From: Leucoraja ocellata | Taxonomy: Eukaryota | NCBI GenBank assembly: GCA_036785375.1 | Contig: JAWMAR010000465.1 | Span: forward strand, 434,001-498,000 | DNA length: 64,000 nucleotides | Direction of reading: 5' to 3' | Shown here: positions 49,153-62,277 of the stretch, piece by piece | Layout of the letters: each line of letters starts with the position of its first letter | Numbering within the stretch: the first letter of the stretch is position 1 | Notes under the pieces: model-generated | Database searches by the model: none | The model's input: the letters and a program-made list of their open reading frames with translations, nothing else | What the model was told of the DNA's origin: nothing | Program-made: the position numbers and the translations under genes

Positions 49153-52100
49153 CTGAAAGATTTCTCTATTTCGGTTCTAATTGGGGAGATTTCTGACCTC
49201 CATTCACAGTCACGGTGAGAACCACTTGGGGCTTTGAAGGAAAGATCACTTTTTATCTGAGTCAATTTCCCTCTGGCAATCATTTAAAAAAAAAAATCAA
49301 ATCCCAGGATGAAAATTGTGATGTTATGCCTTGATGATTTAAAATGTTTACATTTTGTAGCTTTGAAAGCGAGTGTTTATGAAGCAACGGCGATGCAAAA
49401 CAAAAACTCAGAAAATGAAGCAGTGTTTGTGGAAAGGGAGGGAGCCAAGATCCTTCAAATAAAGATGTGCAGAAAGATAGAAAACATTACTAATAAATAA
49501 AAGCGTTTCTTATTAGTAATACAGATGTTTATTATGCTTTTGATAAACTCAATATGCTGGAGTAACTCAACGGTCAGGTAGCATCTATGGAGGAAATGGA
49601 TAGGTGACTTTTCAGGTCGGGGCCCTTATTTAGACTTTGTTCTGCTTTAACAAGTTTCTTTAATTATTAAATTAATACTGTTATAACATTAGCTGATGTC
49701 AGTGTTGCAATTATTAACAGAGTCAAAACACTGTATTGCAGTCCCTCCACACAAATACAGCTTGGAGGAAGGCAACAGTACCAGTGGTGGGTGGGGGGTG
49801 CTTTTCTGGTGAGGTTAAACTAAGAACCTTTGATGTCAAAGATTCCCTGCCAAGAAAACACAGGAATTATTTTCAGCACCCTAGCCAACCTTTCTCCCCC
49901 CACCCCCCCCTACTAATGCAATTGAGACACATTATGACATTATCATTTACATAGTATGCAATCTTTTATATTTTGCAAGTATGATTAGACTTTAATTGGA
50001 TTTAATTGGTCGTAAAGAACCTTGGAACTTTCTGAAAACTGTTTTATTTTGTCAGTTGAAGTATTTAATTTTCTCGTATACTTTAAATTATTTGATTTTC
50101 TTTAATAATGTCTGGTACCTGCCTCGCTCAATGTTATGATAAAACATCCCATGTTCCAATAAGCCTCTGGAAAACGAATTGCAATTTTGCTTCTTGATTT
50201 TGGCCAATAATAATCCTTACTCTCTATCTACTTCTGAGAGGGTCATCAATTTATAAAGAAAACAACCTTTTACCCAGGGCAAACATTAAAAAATTCTCCC
50301 TTATGTTCTGACAATGAAATGCAAGATGAAAGGTAATTCATCTGAAATGTTAGCTTGCGTTCTCTCTCCACAGATACCACCTGACCTGCTCATATTTCTA
50401 GCATTCTGAGTGTGTTGAAGATCAATAGTAACCTATTCTGAGAATATAAAAAAAACAACAATTTTCCTTTTATGAAAAACGTTCCAAGATGCAAAAGAAG
50501 AGAGAAAACTAAAAATTGGCACCAAGCTAATGAGCAGATTTTAGGGAAAACTTTCTCAAAGGGATTCAGCAGGTCATGCTTCCCCTCGGTATGGGCTAGA
50601 TTGTGGGTTTCCTCTAGGTGTTCTGATTTCCTCCCATACCCCATTGATGGATGGTTGTTGGGTAAGATAAATTGTTCTTGTGCATGTGGGTAGTAGGAGA
50701 CCCAGGCTGGTGTTAATGGACACATACCAGAGAGGAGGTCACAGGGAAAATTCCATGTCACTAGGATGTATGAGAAATGTCATCTGTTCTCTCTGGTTGT
50801 ATATTGGTGGCAATTGAGGGATACAATCTCTGAATGTTATTCTTACATCAGACATACCTGTGGTTGTGAACTTTAATTCTAATGGAAAGTGGAATGCATG
50901 CAAAGTATCTGAGAAAGGGTGGAGGTGGTTTAAAGAATGGCAAAGTGACAGAAGAAGTTTAATGTGTGCAAAATATGAGAACATTCACTTTGCCAGGAAC
51001 ATTTACCACCAAAAGGAAGGACTTACTTCCCATGAAGGCAAAAGTGTTTTGAAGATGTGAGAAATGATCGAAGATTGTCTGAAATGGTTTGAGAGGATAA
51101 ATGCTGAGAGCATGTTTCCATTGTAGGTAGTTTCTATTACTGAGGCATGAGAGCCTATTCATTTGAAGTGAGATAAACATGCATTTCATTACTTGGATGG
51201 ATACAAGTTAATATTACCCAGAGATGTGAAAGCTTACATTGAGTATATCCAATAATGAAATACTGTAGGTTACACAAAAAAGCTGGAGAAACTCAGCGGG
51301 TGCAGCAGCATCTATGGAAATACTGTATATTGATATTTGGATAGCGAGGAAATCAAATGGGATTAGACAGAAAATCAATCATGGATTTACTGAATGACAG
51401 AACAGGCATCTTGAACTGTGTGACTTCTGCTTTGCATGTTACTAGGTTTGTAATTTATTATTAAACAAGCTTCCCTCAACAATAGTCGTATTAGAATTTG
51501 AACCTTGCATTTACTAAAATGTTCTGCTAGGTCAGATACTTTACATTGTCTGGTTCTTACTTTATTCTTTCAAAGGCCAGCACAGATATTTTGGAGCAGG
51601 ATGAATACAACTGAACATACCAACACAGTGATCAATCAATATTTAAAATAATATACTGCATTCAGTGAAACATGAACAGTCTTGCTTGTGTAAGGCCTGA
51701 CATTGAATACCTTTAGCATAACTTCTGTGGATTTGGGTTGTATTATTCGTAGAATTATTGAACATCATTTGGAGGTTAAAATGAGCAGGATAATTAAGGG
51801 GATAATATTTCTACTGATGAGAGTCCAGAAATAGAGACCTTCAAAATAGAGAGCTTCAAAATAATGGATTGGTCATTTAGGACTGAAATGAAAAGAAGTT
51901 CCTTCGCCAACAGAATGGTGGAATCTGCGGAATTCTCATTCCCCCCAGGCTGTGGATGCATAATCATTGGTTGCCTTGGGTGGATGCCTCTTCAGAGCCA
52001 AGCTATACAGGGGTAGGACAGGGACATGGTGCTGTGATCTTGCTGAAGGGTGGCACAGACTGTAAGGAACCAATGGCCTTCTCATGCTTTTATCCCTAAT

Positions 52101-54900
52101 GTTCTTTTGTTGTTACGAAAGAGATCTGACCTATCTGTTCACAAAGGCATCCCATGTCAGTGATATAATGTTGCATTCTAATTCACTCTGGTAGATCTCA
52201 TTATTTATTTTTTACATCTGTTCCATTGGAAGATGATAGCACAAGTCATTTATATTCAAGGCCTTATTGAACTGTTGAGATGTCAATGTGCTCTGATACG
52301 TTTGGAGTGCAACCTTAGTAGGATCGTTCTAAATAGAAAAGTGCTTCAGAAATTCAATACCTTTAGCTTTTGCACAGAAGCAACGTGAATAATATGTGAA
52401 TATACAGGCCGTCCCTGGGTTACGGACACCTGACTTATGGACAGCCCTACAAACAAACAAACTCTCTTAACATTATCAAATTCAAAAGTCCACAGAACAG
52501 GCATGCATTCATTCCTGTGTGCAGCAGAATTACTTTCCTCTCTCTCCACCATACCAAGATTGTTTTTGTGTATTTGTTTTCAACGTGGTTAAAACGACTG
52601 ATGGATGTCTGTAAAAGGGAAACCCATTCATTACCTGGAGATAGCCAGCATTTAATGCTAATATTTTTAAGGATTTGTAAATATGGGAAAGTAACTATAA
52701 TATTGTGTAAGGAAGTAGAGGTGTTGATGAGCTTTCTTTGTAAATGCACCAGTGTGCTGGGCCCAGGACACACCTTTAGAGATATGCATGCCCAGGAACT
52801 TGAATCTGTGACTCTCCATCACCATTTAAACAGAGAAGGAATAATAATCAGATAGATCATCTGCAATGGACACAAGCACTCAATCTGGACATGACAAAAT
52901 TATAGAGAGGATGGAGAGAGATACCTCGCCCTACTTTGTCTTATCCACCCCTCTACAACCTTCCTGCAGTTTGATACTTCCTAAGTTTTCACTCCTTCAT
53001 GGTTCTGACAAAGAATATCCAACCTGAAATATTCAACCCATTTCTTTGTTCACAGATGCTGGGTGATCTGAGTAATTGCAGCATTTTTCTGTTTAAACAA
53101 CTGACCTGGTTCTCTCTACTCCTGTGCAGTACCTGACTACCTTATTTTCACAGCACATTTTCTATCCCAACAACTGTAACAATTTTTCAACGTGGTAAAT
53201 TTCCACTTAATAACAACTGATGTCTTGTTTATCTCTTCAAAGCCGTTCAATTGTAATTATTAGATGGACAAAACTGTATGCTCTGTGCTTCACTGTCTGA
53301 GACATTCTGTTTGAACCTAAATGCCCAACTGTGTGCTTCCAGCGGTACGTAACATATGGTCCCCTTCTCCCTTTGATCAAGCCAATTAACTTTCACAGGT
53401 TGGAAAAGTTAAGAGAAAGCAGCAGGATTGATACACCAGCGGAATTTGGAAATTTGGATAATGAATAAAGAAGGACATATTTCTACAAAGAATTTGGGCA
53501 GGGGATGGGAACTAAATAGATTGCTGCTTTTCAAAGTGGACCAAAAGCACCCCTGTAGAACTGAAAGTCCTATCATTCTATTTTATTGGTGTATTATTAC
53601 AAAACTAAAAGTACCAAATACATCCACCTTTAGCCATATGCCAAATAACAGGAGATACAATATAAGCCTGCATTTTACCTTCAGTGTACAAAGTGTACCA
53701 CAACACCGGAGTGAGTTTTGTAGTAGGCGTTGTCCTTTTACATTGTGATTGGCCCTCTCGTCATGAAGAATGAGCAGCCTGCCAGATTGAACAAATCTCA
53801 TGGGCAAGGATGTTTGAAATATTGATTATTACGTTTTTACTTATTCTGCAGAAAGTGGAATAAAGATTTGGACATATGGACACAAGAAGAAAATTGAAAT
53901 ATCATGAAAATAAAAGAATAAATGTATTTAAAATATGATAGCATTTTTAACTCTTAAAGCCTTTTGCAACAATGATCGTGTAATTATAATTGAAAACCCA
54001 GTTTTGCCCCTTGGAGGATGAATGAACAATTTCAATGGTTATTATACAAGTACACTGATTTGTAAGATTGCAGTTCAAGTCATATCACTGACGTTTTGAT
54101 GATACTTGTGAAGGCTGTAACAATGTAATTTGTGTAGACATAGGCTGTCGCCAGCTTTCTGATGTACAGATTTAACTGAACATTTGGCAATATAAGAATT
54201 TATGTTCAGTAAAAAATAATGATGGTAAATGTACCCTGATTATAATCATAGATTTGGGTCTGTGACGTATCGAAGAACAGCTTGTAATTTATCTTAAGTA
54301 ATATAAGGATCTGAATAAGGATCAAAATAAGGATCTGGCAACTAATCTGTAATTAATAAATTAATAAAAATAAGTTAGGATCCAAATTTGATTCTTTATG
54401 TTGTGCAATTTTGTATGTAGGTCATTTCAGTGTTAATTATAATAGGTTGAATATATTTTTAATCTGGATTTTTAACTTGTATTGTATTTTTAAAAAATAT
54501 ATAAATTATGATTTTATAAGTGATATACCAATATTTTATATGTATTTATGATATTTGATATGCAATGCATTTTTAATGTAATGTTGCCCCTTGTCTGGAC
54601 CTTGAGTCCGTAATATAGTTTATTATTATTTATTATTATATTTCTGATTAAAACTAAACATGGCTGTCATTCTGATCTATAAACGTCTTTATTAGAAACA
54701 AGAGCTCTTTTAAGAACTCAAAATCATCTTTAGCAGGAGAATATCTTAAAAAATAATCTGTTTGAATTGAAATATGGATTTTGTGTTTTTCCTGGTGTTT
54801 AAATTATGTTGTTTAATTTTAAAGGTTAGATGCCTCAACAGAAGCAAACACCTTTGCCTTTGGACTAGAAAACCCCACCCAAGAAAGATTTTTTTGCACA

Positions 54901-54977
54901 ATGAGCCAGCAGGAAGAGAATGAGTGCTTTGAAAACTATGCATATCACCACTCCGAAACGCTGGAAATGGACAGAGG
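54901..54977 (+). CDS. TMC5: Probable TMC5 first coding exon (MSQQEENECFENYAYHHSETLEMDR-G)
   Basis: Acceptor aaag| at 54824, ATG in acaATG context, donor GG|gtatga (phase 2). Confidence 0.55.
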
Positions 54978-55029
54978 GTATGAATTAAACAAAAAACAAC
55001 TAGAGTGTAGTAATATGTGTTAACTGTCT

Positions 55030-55525
55030 ATTATTGTAGCTGTGTATAGATAGATATGCCATTTATTGTCACTATACATGTACAGTGAAACTGAAAGCTG
55101 CTCGTACTCAGTGCATACATACAATGTAGCACAAAAAACAAGAAACAGAAAAACAAAAACAGAAGGGAGAAGGGGGGGGGGGGGGGGAGATAGGTGCACA
55201 ATTCTGCGGCGCTACATACATATATACAGATGGAAGTCCGGGTGTTGGGCAGTGAATTCAGTGCATGTGTGAATTTGAATTAATAGTAGTTATAATTCTC
55301 GGAAAGCAACTATTTCTGAGTCTATTTGTCCTGGATTTGATGCACCTATAGCGCCTTCCAGAGGGCAGCAGGTCGAACAGTCCAAACGCAGGATGGGAGC
55401 TGTCTTTGATGATCTTCTTTGCCCTGCTAAGGCAGCGGGAGGTGTAGATGTCCGTCAGGGAGGGGAGAGGGCAACCAATGATCTTCTGCGCTGTCCTAGT
55501 TACCCTCTGAAGCCTCTCCCTGTCT
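55030..55525 (-). mobile_element. Rex/Babar-type LINE 3' fragment
   Basis: LFDLLPSGRRYR-type coding remnant; aataaa and (tcta)n tail. Confidence 0.65.
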
Positions 55526-55595
55526 GCTATAGTAGCCCAAGCATCTCTATTTTCTTGGCAATTGTAGTCAAAATGTTCAATGGATCCTGTTACAT

Positions 55596-55834
55596 CAAGG
55601 GTTCCCGATCTGGGATAAATTTACCTCCTAATTTACCAGGGGGTAAATTTTCCTATCCAGGAGGTAAATTAGTTAATTCTGGATTTGTACATATTTGTTC
55701 TTATTGACTGCCTGTGTTTGGTTCTGGTATACCGGTATCTGTTCATCATTAGTTCATAAATAAGTGAAATAACATTGTTATGTGTTATTAAAGTTGCCAT
55801 GGGTAAACGGGACAAAAAAGGTTGGGAACCCCTG
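55596..55834. mobile_element. hAT MITE
   Basis: TIR ca(a/g)gggttccc; 8-bp TSD tgttacat at 55588-55595 and 55835-55842. Confidence 0.85.
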
Positions 55835-56179
55835 TGTTACATAGTCTGGTGTAATGTAAGCAGGTTTGTCATTTCATTTCCATATCAGATTGCCACCAGT
55901 TAGGAAATCTACCACTGTTAACCCTCCTTATGTATCCATTATATCTGAATTGAACTGTACTATATAGGTACATAACAAGGACTGAGTCGGGAAACTTAAA
56001 GTTGGAGAACACAGTGCATGGGAGGAGTTTTAACTAAAAATTTATGATTTTCAATTTGGCCTGTTTCCTGTTGTATTTTCTGTTTATGATTACCTGGCTG
56101 CCTTAGTTCATGTAAAAGCTTGTTTAATGAATACTGCCAGAGAGCAGAGGTGACTAATGCATTCCATACTCTCGTTCAG

Positions 56180-56225
56180 AGTTCAACGACTGTCACAGCA
56201 CCAGAGTGGCAACAATCAGTCACAA
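56180..56225 (+). CDS. TMC5: Candidate TMC5 exon (VQRLSQHQSGNNQSQ)
   Basis: Branch-like gactaat, pyrimidine tract and cag; CAA|gtatga donor; phase 2 to 0 bridges the flanking exons. Confidence 0.35.
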
Positions 56226-56272
56226 GTATGAATGACAAGCTGACCATAATCAATTCTCCCCTCAAAGCCTAA

Positions 56273-56489
56273 AGGGCCTGTCCCACTTGGTAGTCATTCG
56301 CGCGTCATTTATCGACATAATTTGCGCGTTGTGACGCGCACGTTTTGCGTGCATGGTGCGCATTAGGCGCGCATGGTGATGAAGGCAGTGACACGCAGTC
56401 GCGTACGGCGCCCCAGGATTTTGGGATGTACAAAATCTTCGTGTACCATCTGCTTGACGTGCAAATGACGCTTAAGTGGGACAGGCCCT
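56273..56489. mobile_element. Harbinger-type MITE
   Basis: TIR agggcctgtcccactt, same family as 9410-10105; TWA flanks. Confidence 0.8.
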
Positions 56490-56719
56490 TTAAGCTTCAC
56501 TGTAGGTTTTCCAATGGTCACTTACTAATTAACAGTTCTATCAATACTTTGCACTTTCTGTACATTTTAAAATGCAGAAATTGGTACATTGAGCCTTTAC
56601 CAGAATGCCAACGCCCAAACTTACAATCATTTTTGATTCTGAACTGTTAAATTAATTTCATTACACAAGCTTTGCAACACGTCACAACATTATTCTGCTT
56701 CTCAGTCACTGTAGTGAGT

Positions 56720-57162
56720 GCAGCGTAGGTTCACAAGGTTAATTCCCGGGATGGCGGGATGTCATATGTTGAAAGAACGGAGCAACTGGGCTTGTATACA
56801 CTGGAATTTAGAAGGATGAGAGGGTATCTTATTGAAACATATAAGATTATTAAGGGATTGGATGTGCTAGAGGCAGGAAACATGGTCCCGATGTTGGGGG
56901 AGTATAGAACCAGGGGCCACAGTTTAAGAATAAGGGGTAGGCCATTTAGAACGGAGATGAGGAAAAACCTTTTCACCCAGAGAGTTGTGAATCTGTGGAA
57001 TTCCCTGCCTCAGAAGGCAGTGGAGGTCAATTCTCGGGATGTTTTCAAGAGAGAGTTAGATAGAGCTCTTAAAGATAGTGGAGTCAAGGGATATGGGGAG
57101 AAGGCAGAAATGGGGTGCTGGCTCGAAGGGCCGAATGGCCTACTCCTGAACCTATTGTCTAT
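56720..57162 (+). mobile_element. CR1 3' fragment
   Basis: LGLYTLEFRRMRG..TRGHSLRI..QRVVNLWNSLP. Confidence 0.9.
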
Positions 57163-57805
57163 TAGTTACCTCTGCTCTCTGGAAGTATTGATTAAACAAG
57201 CTTTTACATGAACTAAGACAGCCAGGTAATCATGAACAGAAAATATACAGGAAACAGGCAGTGATGAATGGAGGTTTTGGTAAAATGGAGGATCATGGCC
57301 TTTAAAGACAACTAGAGAAATTATGCACTTGGTACAGTGAGATGAAAGGAGAATATTTTCTTTAAAGGGCAGTTCTAGGGTGTTCCTGACCAGTTCTGAC
57401 TAATAATATTAATACCACTTTAAATAAATCATAAGTAGCAGGAAATTACTGCAATGTTCTGAAAGCTTCAACTACAGAATTGACAAGATAGTACCCCTAG
57501 TAAATTTATTTCCATCCAGTTATCTAATACTTCAAACAAATGATTAGCTGGAACTATCATAGATGTTGAAATGCTGAAAAAAAACTGGAAGAATTCAGAA
57601 GGTCAGGCAGCATCTCTGGAGGGAATGGACAGGCGACATTTTGGGTGGGGACCTTTCTGTGACAATTTAATTCGTTTAATTTCGATTTGAAGAAGATTAG
57701 TAAGGGTCAACTTTATAATAGCAAAAAGCGTATTTGATAAATATATGTTTAAGAAAGAACTGCAGATGCTGAAACAATCGAATGTAGACTGATATCATCT
57801 GAATA

Positions 57806-58556
57806 TTATCTGAATGGTGGCTGATTAGGAAAAGGGGAGATGCAACGAGACCTGGGTGTCATGGTACACCAGTCATTGAAAGTAGGCATGCAGGTGCAGC
57901 AGACAGTGAAGAAAGCGAATGGTATGTTAGCATTCATAGCAAAAGGATTTGAGTATAGGAGCAGGGAGGTTCTACTACAGTTGTACAGGGTCTTGGTGAG
58001 ACCACACCTGGTGTATTGCGTACAGTTTTGGTCTTCTAATCTGAGGAAGGACATTCTTGTCATAGAGGGAGTACAGAGAAGGTTCACCAGACTGATTTCT
58101 GGGATGTCAGGACTTTCATATGAAGAAAGACTGGATAGACTCGGCTTGTACTTGCTAGAATGTAGAAGATTGAGGGGGGATCTTATAGAAACTTACAAAA
58201 TTCTTAAGGCGTTGGACAGGCTGGATGCAGGAAGATTGTTCCCTATGTTGGGGAAGTCCAGAACAAGGGGTCACAGTTTAAGGATAAGGAGGAAATCTTT
58301 TAGGATGGGATGAGAAAAACATTTTTCACACACAGAGAAAGGTGAATCTCTGGAATTCTCTGCCACAGAATGTAGTTGAGGCCAGTTCATTGGCTATTTT
58401 TAAGAGGGAGCTAGATGTGGCCCTTGTGGCTAAAGGGATCAGGGGGTATGGAGAGAAGGCAGGTACAGGATACTGAGTTGGATGATCAGCCATGATCATA
58501 TTGAATTGCGGTGCAGGCTCGAAGGGCCGAATGGCCTACTCCTACATCTATTTTCT
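57806..58556 (+). mobile_element. CR1 3' fragment
   Basis: RDLGVMVHQSLK..VRPHLVYCVQFW and 3' UTR. Confidence 0.9.
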
Positions 58557-58662
58557 AGACATAAAATGCTGGAGAAACTCAGCGGGTGAGGCAGCATCTA
58601 TGGAGAGAAGGAAGAGGCGACGTTTCGGGTCGAGACCCTTCCTCAGACTGATCCATATATCA

Positions 58663-59325
58663 TCTATATTACTAAAAGTCTGATCTTCATCACTTCCTGT
58701 TGTTCTGTATATTGATTTTAGAAACAAATGCTGCCACTTACGGCTGTGATTTTTGGCCATCGTACTCAGAGTCCCCGTCTGCTGCGCAGGACAAGAGGAT
58801 TTTTCCCATCGATGAAAAATAAAAGAGTTAGTAGTATTTAAAAAATGTTGAGATTCTCTCTCCTGAAGGCCACACACCTTCCGGAGGGACTATAAAACCC
58901 GGAAGTGTTGAGTGCCTCAGTAGTCTCTGCAAGATGGGGGAGCGAGAGGGTCCCATCTCTCAGTCTGAGCTGTGAATAACACTGAACACATGTCTACTAA
59001 ACTGGAAGTGGTTTTACTGACGTGTTAGTGCCCTTAATGTGGTTTGAAAATATAGTTTAGAAATGCTAAAGCTGTGTTGCCTTTGGTTTAGAATTGCTAA
59101 AGCCGTGTTGCCTTTGGTTTGGAAATGCTAAAGCTGTGTTGCCTAATTAAAGTTGCCTTGCCTAATTAAAGTTGCCTTGCCTAATTAAAGTTGCCTTGCC
59201 TAATTAAAGTTGCCTTGCCTAATTAACGTTGCCTTGCCTTCTATATAATTAAAAGTCTAATCTTGACCACTTCCTGTTTGCGCTTTATATTGATTTTAGA
59301 AAAACCGATGCCACTTTTGCCATAA
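58663..59325 (+). mobile_element. Helitron 5' part, copy of 829-1410
   Basis: Colinear with 829-1410 including the 20-bp tandem; no CTAG 3' end. Confidence 0.75.
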
Positions 59326-59606
59326 ATAATTTGTTTTCAAAACGTGTTTAATGACTAGCAGTTTGGATTCATTAATCACGTCTCTCATCTAGGTTTTGAA
59401 TTGGGACCTGCACAAGTAAGCAACGAATTTGTGATGGTCATAGAATGATAGAGCTATACAACACGGAAACAGGCCCTTCAACCATCGTGTTCAAGCCGAC
59501 CAAGTTGCCATACTGGGCTCGTCCCATTTGCCTGCATAGCCCTCTAACCCCTTCCTGAACATGTAAACTAATATAAAGCAAACTCCCTTCATTATAAATC
59601 CTCTAG

Positions 59607-59835
59607 CAGTACAGCATGCTGACAGATTGTGTTTCTTGCTACAGTACACGGGGACCATCTACAGCCCACGCAACCCCACTGCCATCTTCCTACCAGCGGG
59701 ATGTGTTTCAATCATCAGTTTGGAGAAATTGTGGGCAGCCAGAGATTATACAAATGACAACAATTGGCAGAGAACACAGGGAATCAACACCTCCATTCAA
59801 TCATATGAATGCAAATGAGAATAACACTGGATATG
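59607..59835 (+). CDS. TMC5: Probable TMC5 exon
   Basis: ctctag| acceptor, G|gtaagt donor, open frame; SSVWRNCGQPEIIQMTTI...TGY resembles the recalled TMC5 segment SLWGENDYPEGIEMASM...SGY. Confidence 0.65.
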
Positions 59836-59994
59836 GTAAGTTGGTTGTTTTACCTGGGCCTATTCTTTGGAATGGAAATTTATCTTTAAATATTGATTTG
59901 CATTACATGCCTTTACTTTATATTTTTATGCATCCCTCATTAGAATGACATAGTCTTAATTTGGTATAATTTAGCCAATTACTAAATATCAGTG

Positions 59995-60221
59995 GTTACA
60001 CAAAAAAGCTGGAGAAACTCAGCGGGTGCAGCAGCATCTATGGAGCGAAGGAAATAGGCAACGTTTCGGGCCAAAACCCTTCTTCAGACAGTCTGAAGAA
60101 GGGTTTCGGCCCGAAACGTTGCCTATTTCCTTCGCTCCATAGATGCTGCTGCACCCGCTGAGTTTCTCCAGCTTTTTTGTGTAACCTTCGATTCTCCAGC
60201 ATCTGCAGTTCCTTCTTAAAC
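59995..60221. mobile_element. Palindromic Penelope-terminal element with two hammerhead cores
   Basis: Arms about 59995-60088 and 60091-60186; TSD actaaatatcagtg at 59981-59994 and 60222-60235. Confidence 0.88.
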
Positions 60222-60344
60222 ACTAAATATCAGTGAATGCTTACGGCAATGATTGAGCATTGAAAATTACATTTTATGATTAATGACATCTGGACTAGGG
60301 AAAGTATGAGAATCTTCAGCCAAAGTCTTCTTAATGGGTAGCTT

Positions 60345-60680
60345 GGACACCAGCGGTATGTACATTGACTTCTTTAACTTCAAGTAACCCTCCATCCCTC
60401 CTTCTTCCCAGTTCTCTGGCCAGTTTTACTGTCTCTGATTACATTATCTCTGCTTTGTTGTTACCTTCTTCCAGCTAACAATGATCTATTCTACATTTCC
60501 CTTGATCTTCATTCCCTTTGCCCTGTTTTCACACCTTCACACTTCCTTATCTATATACCTATCTATGTCCCTCCCCCCTGACGTCCGTCTGAAGAAGGGT
60601 CTTGACCCGAAACATCACCCATTCCTTCTCTCCACAGATGCTGCCTGTCCCACTGAGCTACTCCAGCATTTTGTGTCTTG
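60345..60680 (+). mobile_element. Penelope 3' UTR fragment with hammerhead-like core at 60589-60617
   Basis: End of the GIY-YIG region followed by gtctgaagaagggtcttgacccgaaacatc. Confidence 0.7.
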
Positions 60681-62142
60681 ATCCCATTCCTTCTGAATGG
60701 TATCAGTCACTGGCAGCAATTTGTGTATTTATTATCTAAGAACGGTTACTGAATACCTGAATCTGATCTTTGCAGCACTGCCTGCTCAATGAGTAACATG
60801 TTCTTCACTGAATGATCTTCTGTGTCTTGCATAATTCTCTGTCACAGGATTGAACTTTTTTTTTATCAAAATGAGAGAGCTTTGCCAAATTAAATAAATC
60901 GTTAAATGGTCATTCAGGGTGAGATAGCATGAACTGGAAAACTTAGCAAATGTTTTACACTGTGCACATATTTTAAATAAAGGTTAATAGGGCTATACTT
61001 ACTTTCAAAAGCGATCAGAGCTAGTACGTTGCCCTCTTTGAGGAGTGGACTGGTTTCCATCGCCCGTTCAAAAGGTTTCCCATGAAAATTGTCACTTTCT
61101 TGCTTTTCCAGATCTCATCGGTCATTATGCAATTTTCTGGAACATTAATATTGAATGTCATTGAATATTGAAGTTGAACACATTTGACATGTGAAGGAAT
61201 GGTGAAGAAGGGTCATCGCCCATTCCTCCTCTCCAGAGATGCTGTCTGTCCCGTTGAGTTACTCCAGCATTTTATGTCTATCTTCAGTGTAGACCAGCAT
61301 CTGCAGCTCCTTCCTACACATTTGAAGTAAGATTTTGATTTTGATTTACTGAGGGTAGCATTTAAGCCTTCCCATTATCGATGAGATCAGATCATGTCAT
61401 TGCTGTTTGTAAGACACCTTTGTGCAGAGATTATCTGCCATAATCCTCCTCATGGCCACAGTAACAGGAGACATTCTTCACTGGTAGACCTTTCAAAATG
61501 CTTCAATGACGATAGGCATTTCAATACAAAGTTGCCTTTGAATAGTTTTAAACTATTACATCTTTGCCCTTTCTTACAAAATAACGTAAGATAATTGTTT
61601 TTCAGGACTTCACAATTAGATAATAGACAATCGATGCAGGAGTAGGCCATTTAGCCCTTCAAGCCAGCACCGCCATTCAATGTTATCATGGCTGATCATC
61701 CAAATCAGTACCCCGTTCTTGCCTTTAGTTCCTTTATTCACAGCAAATCTCGGTATGTCAGTGAAATAAACCCATCCGAATGATAAGGAAGTTACCAGTT
61801 CACTCTTGGCATGGACCGGATGGGTTTGGATTTTAGAAAATCAATCGGTTTGAGAAGGTCCCATGAACAGAGACTGTCAAACAAAAATCCTTATTCTGAA
61901 GAGATTTTGACAAATTTAGTTTTATGCTGTTAATTAAGGAAGGCGTTTAGTCACAGCATCCTAGTCATTGAAAGCTGTACACTATTTTCATTCGCTGGGT
62001 CAAGTCTAAGTGAACTCTAGAATAAAACTAACAATGGAAAAGTTTCTGTATTCTGCCCTGCTGATTATTCAATTACTATAACCATTAGAGCTTATGTTCT
62101 GAAATAATTACAATTATGGTGTTTGCTGTTTCCATTGGATAG

Positions 62143-62277
62143 TTAATCCTGGGTTTGAGCCCATTGCAGACGATTCCTATGGCTCTGTTTCATCAACGTA
62201 CTCTGCAAGTCATTGCCAAGATTCTTCATTCATTCCCAGCCTCGACAGACATGTTCAAATTTTAAACCTGGAGCCAA
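62143..62277 (+). CDS. TMC5: Probable TMC5 exon (VNPGFEP...)
   Basis: tag| acceptor, A|gtaagt donor, phase 1 to 1; the junction gives GYVNPGF, similar to TMC5 GYVNPAY. Confidence 0.65.
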
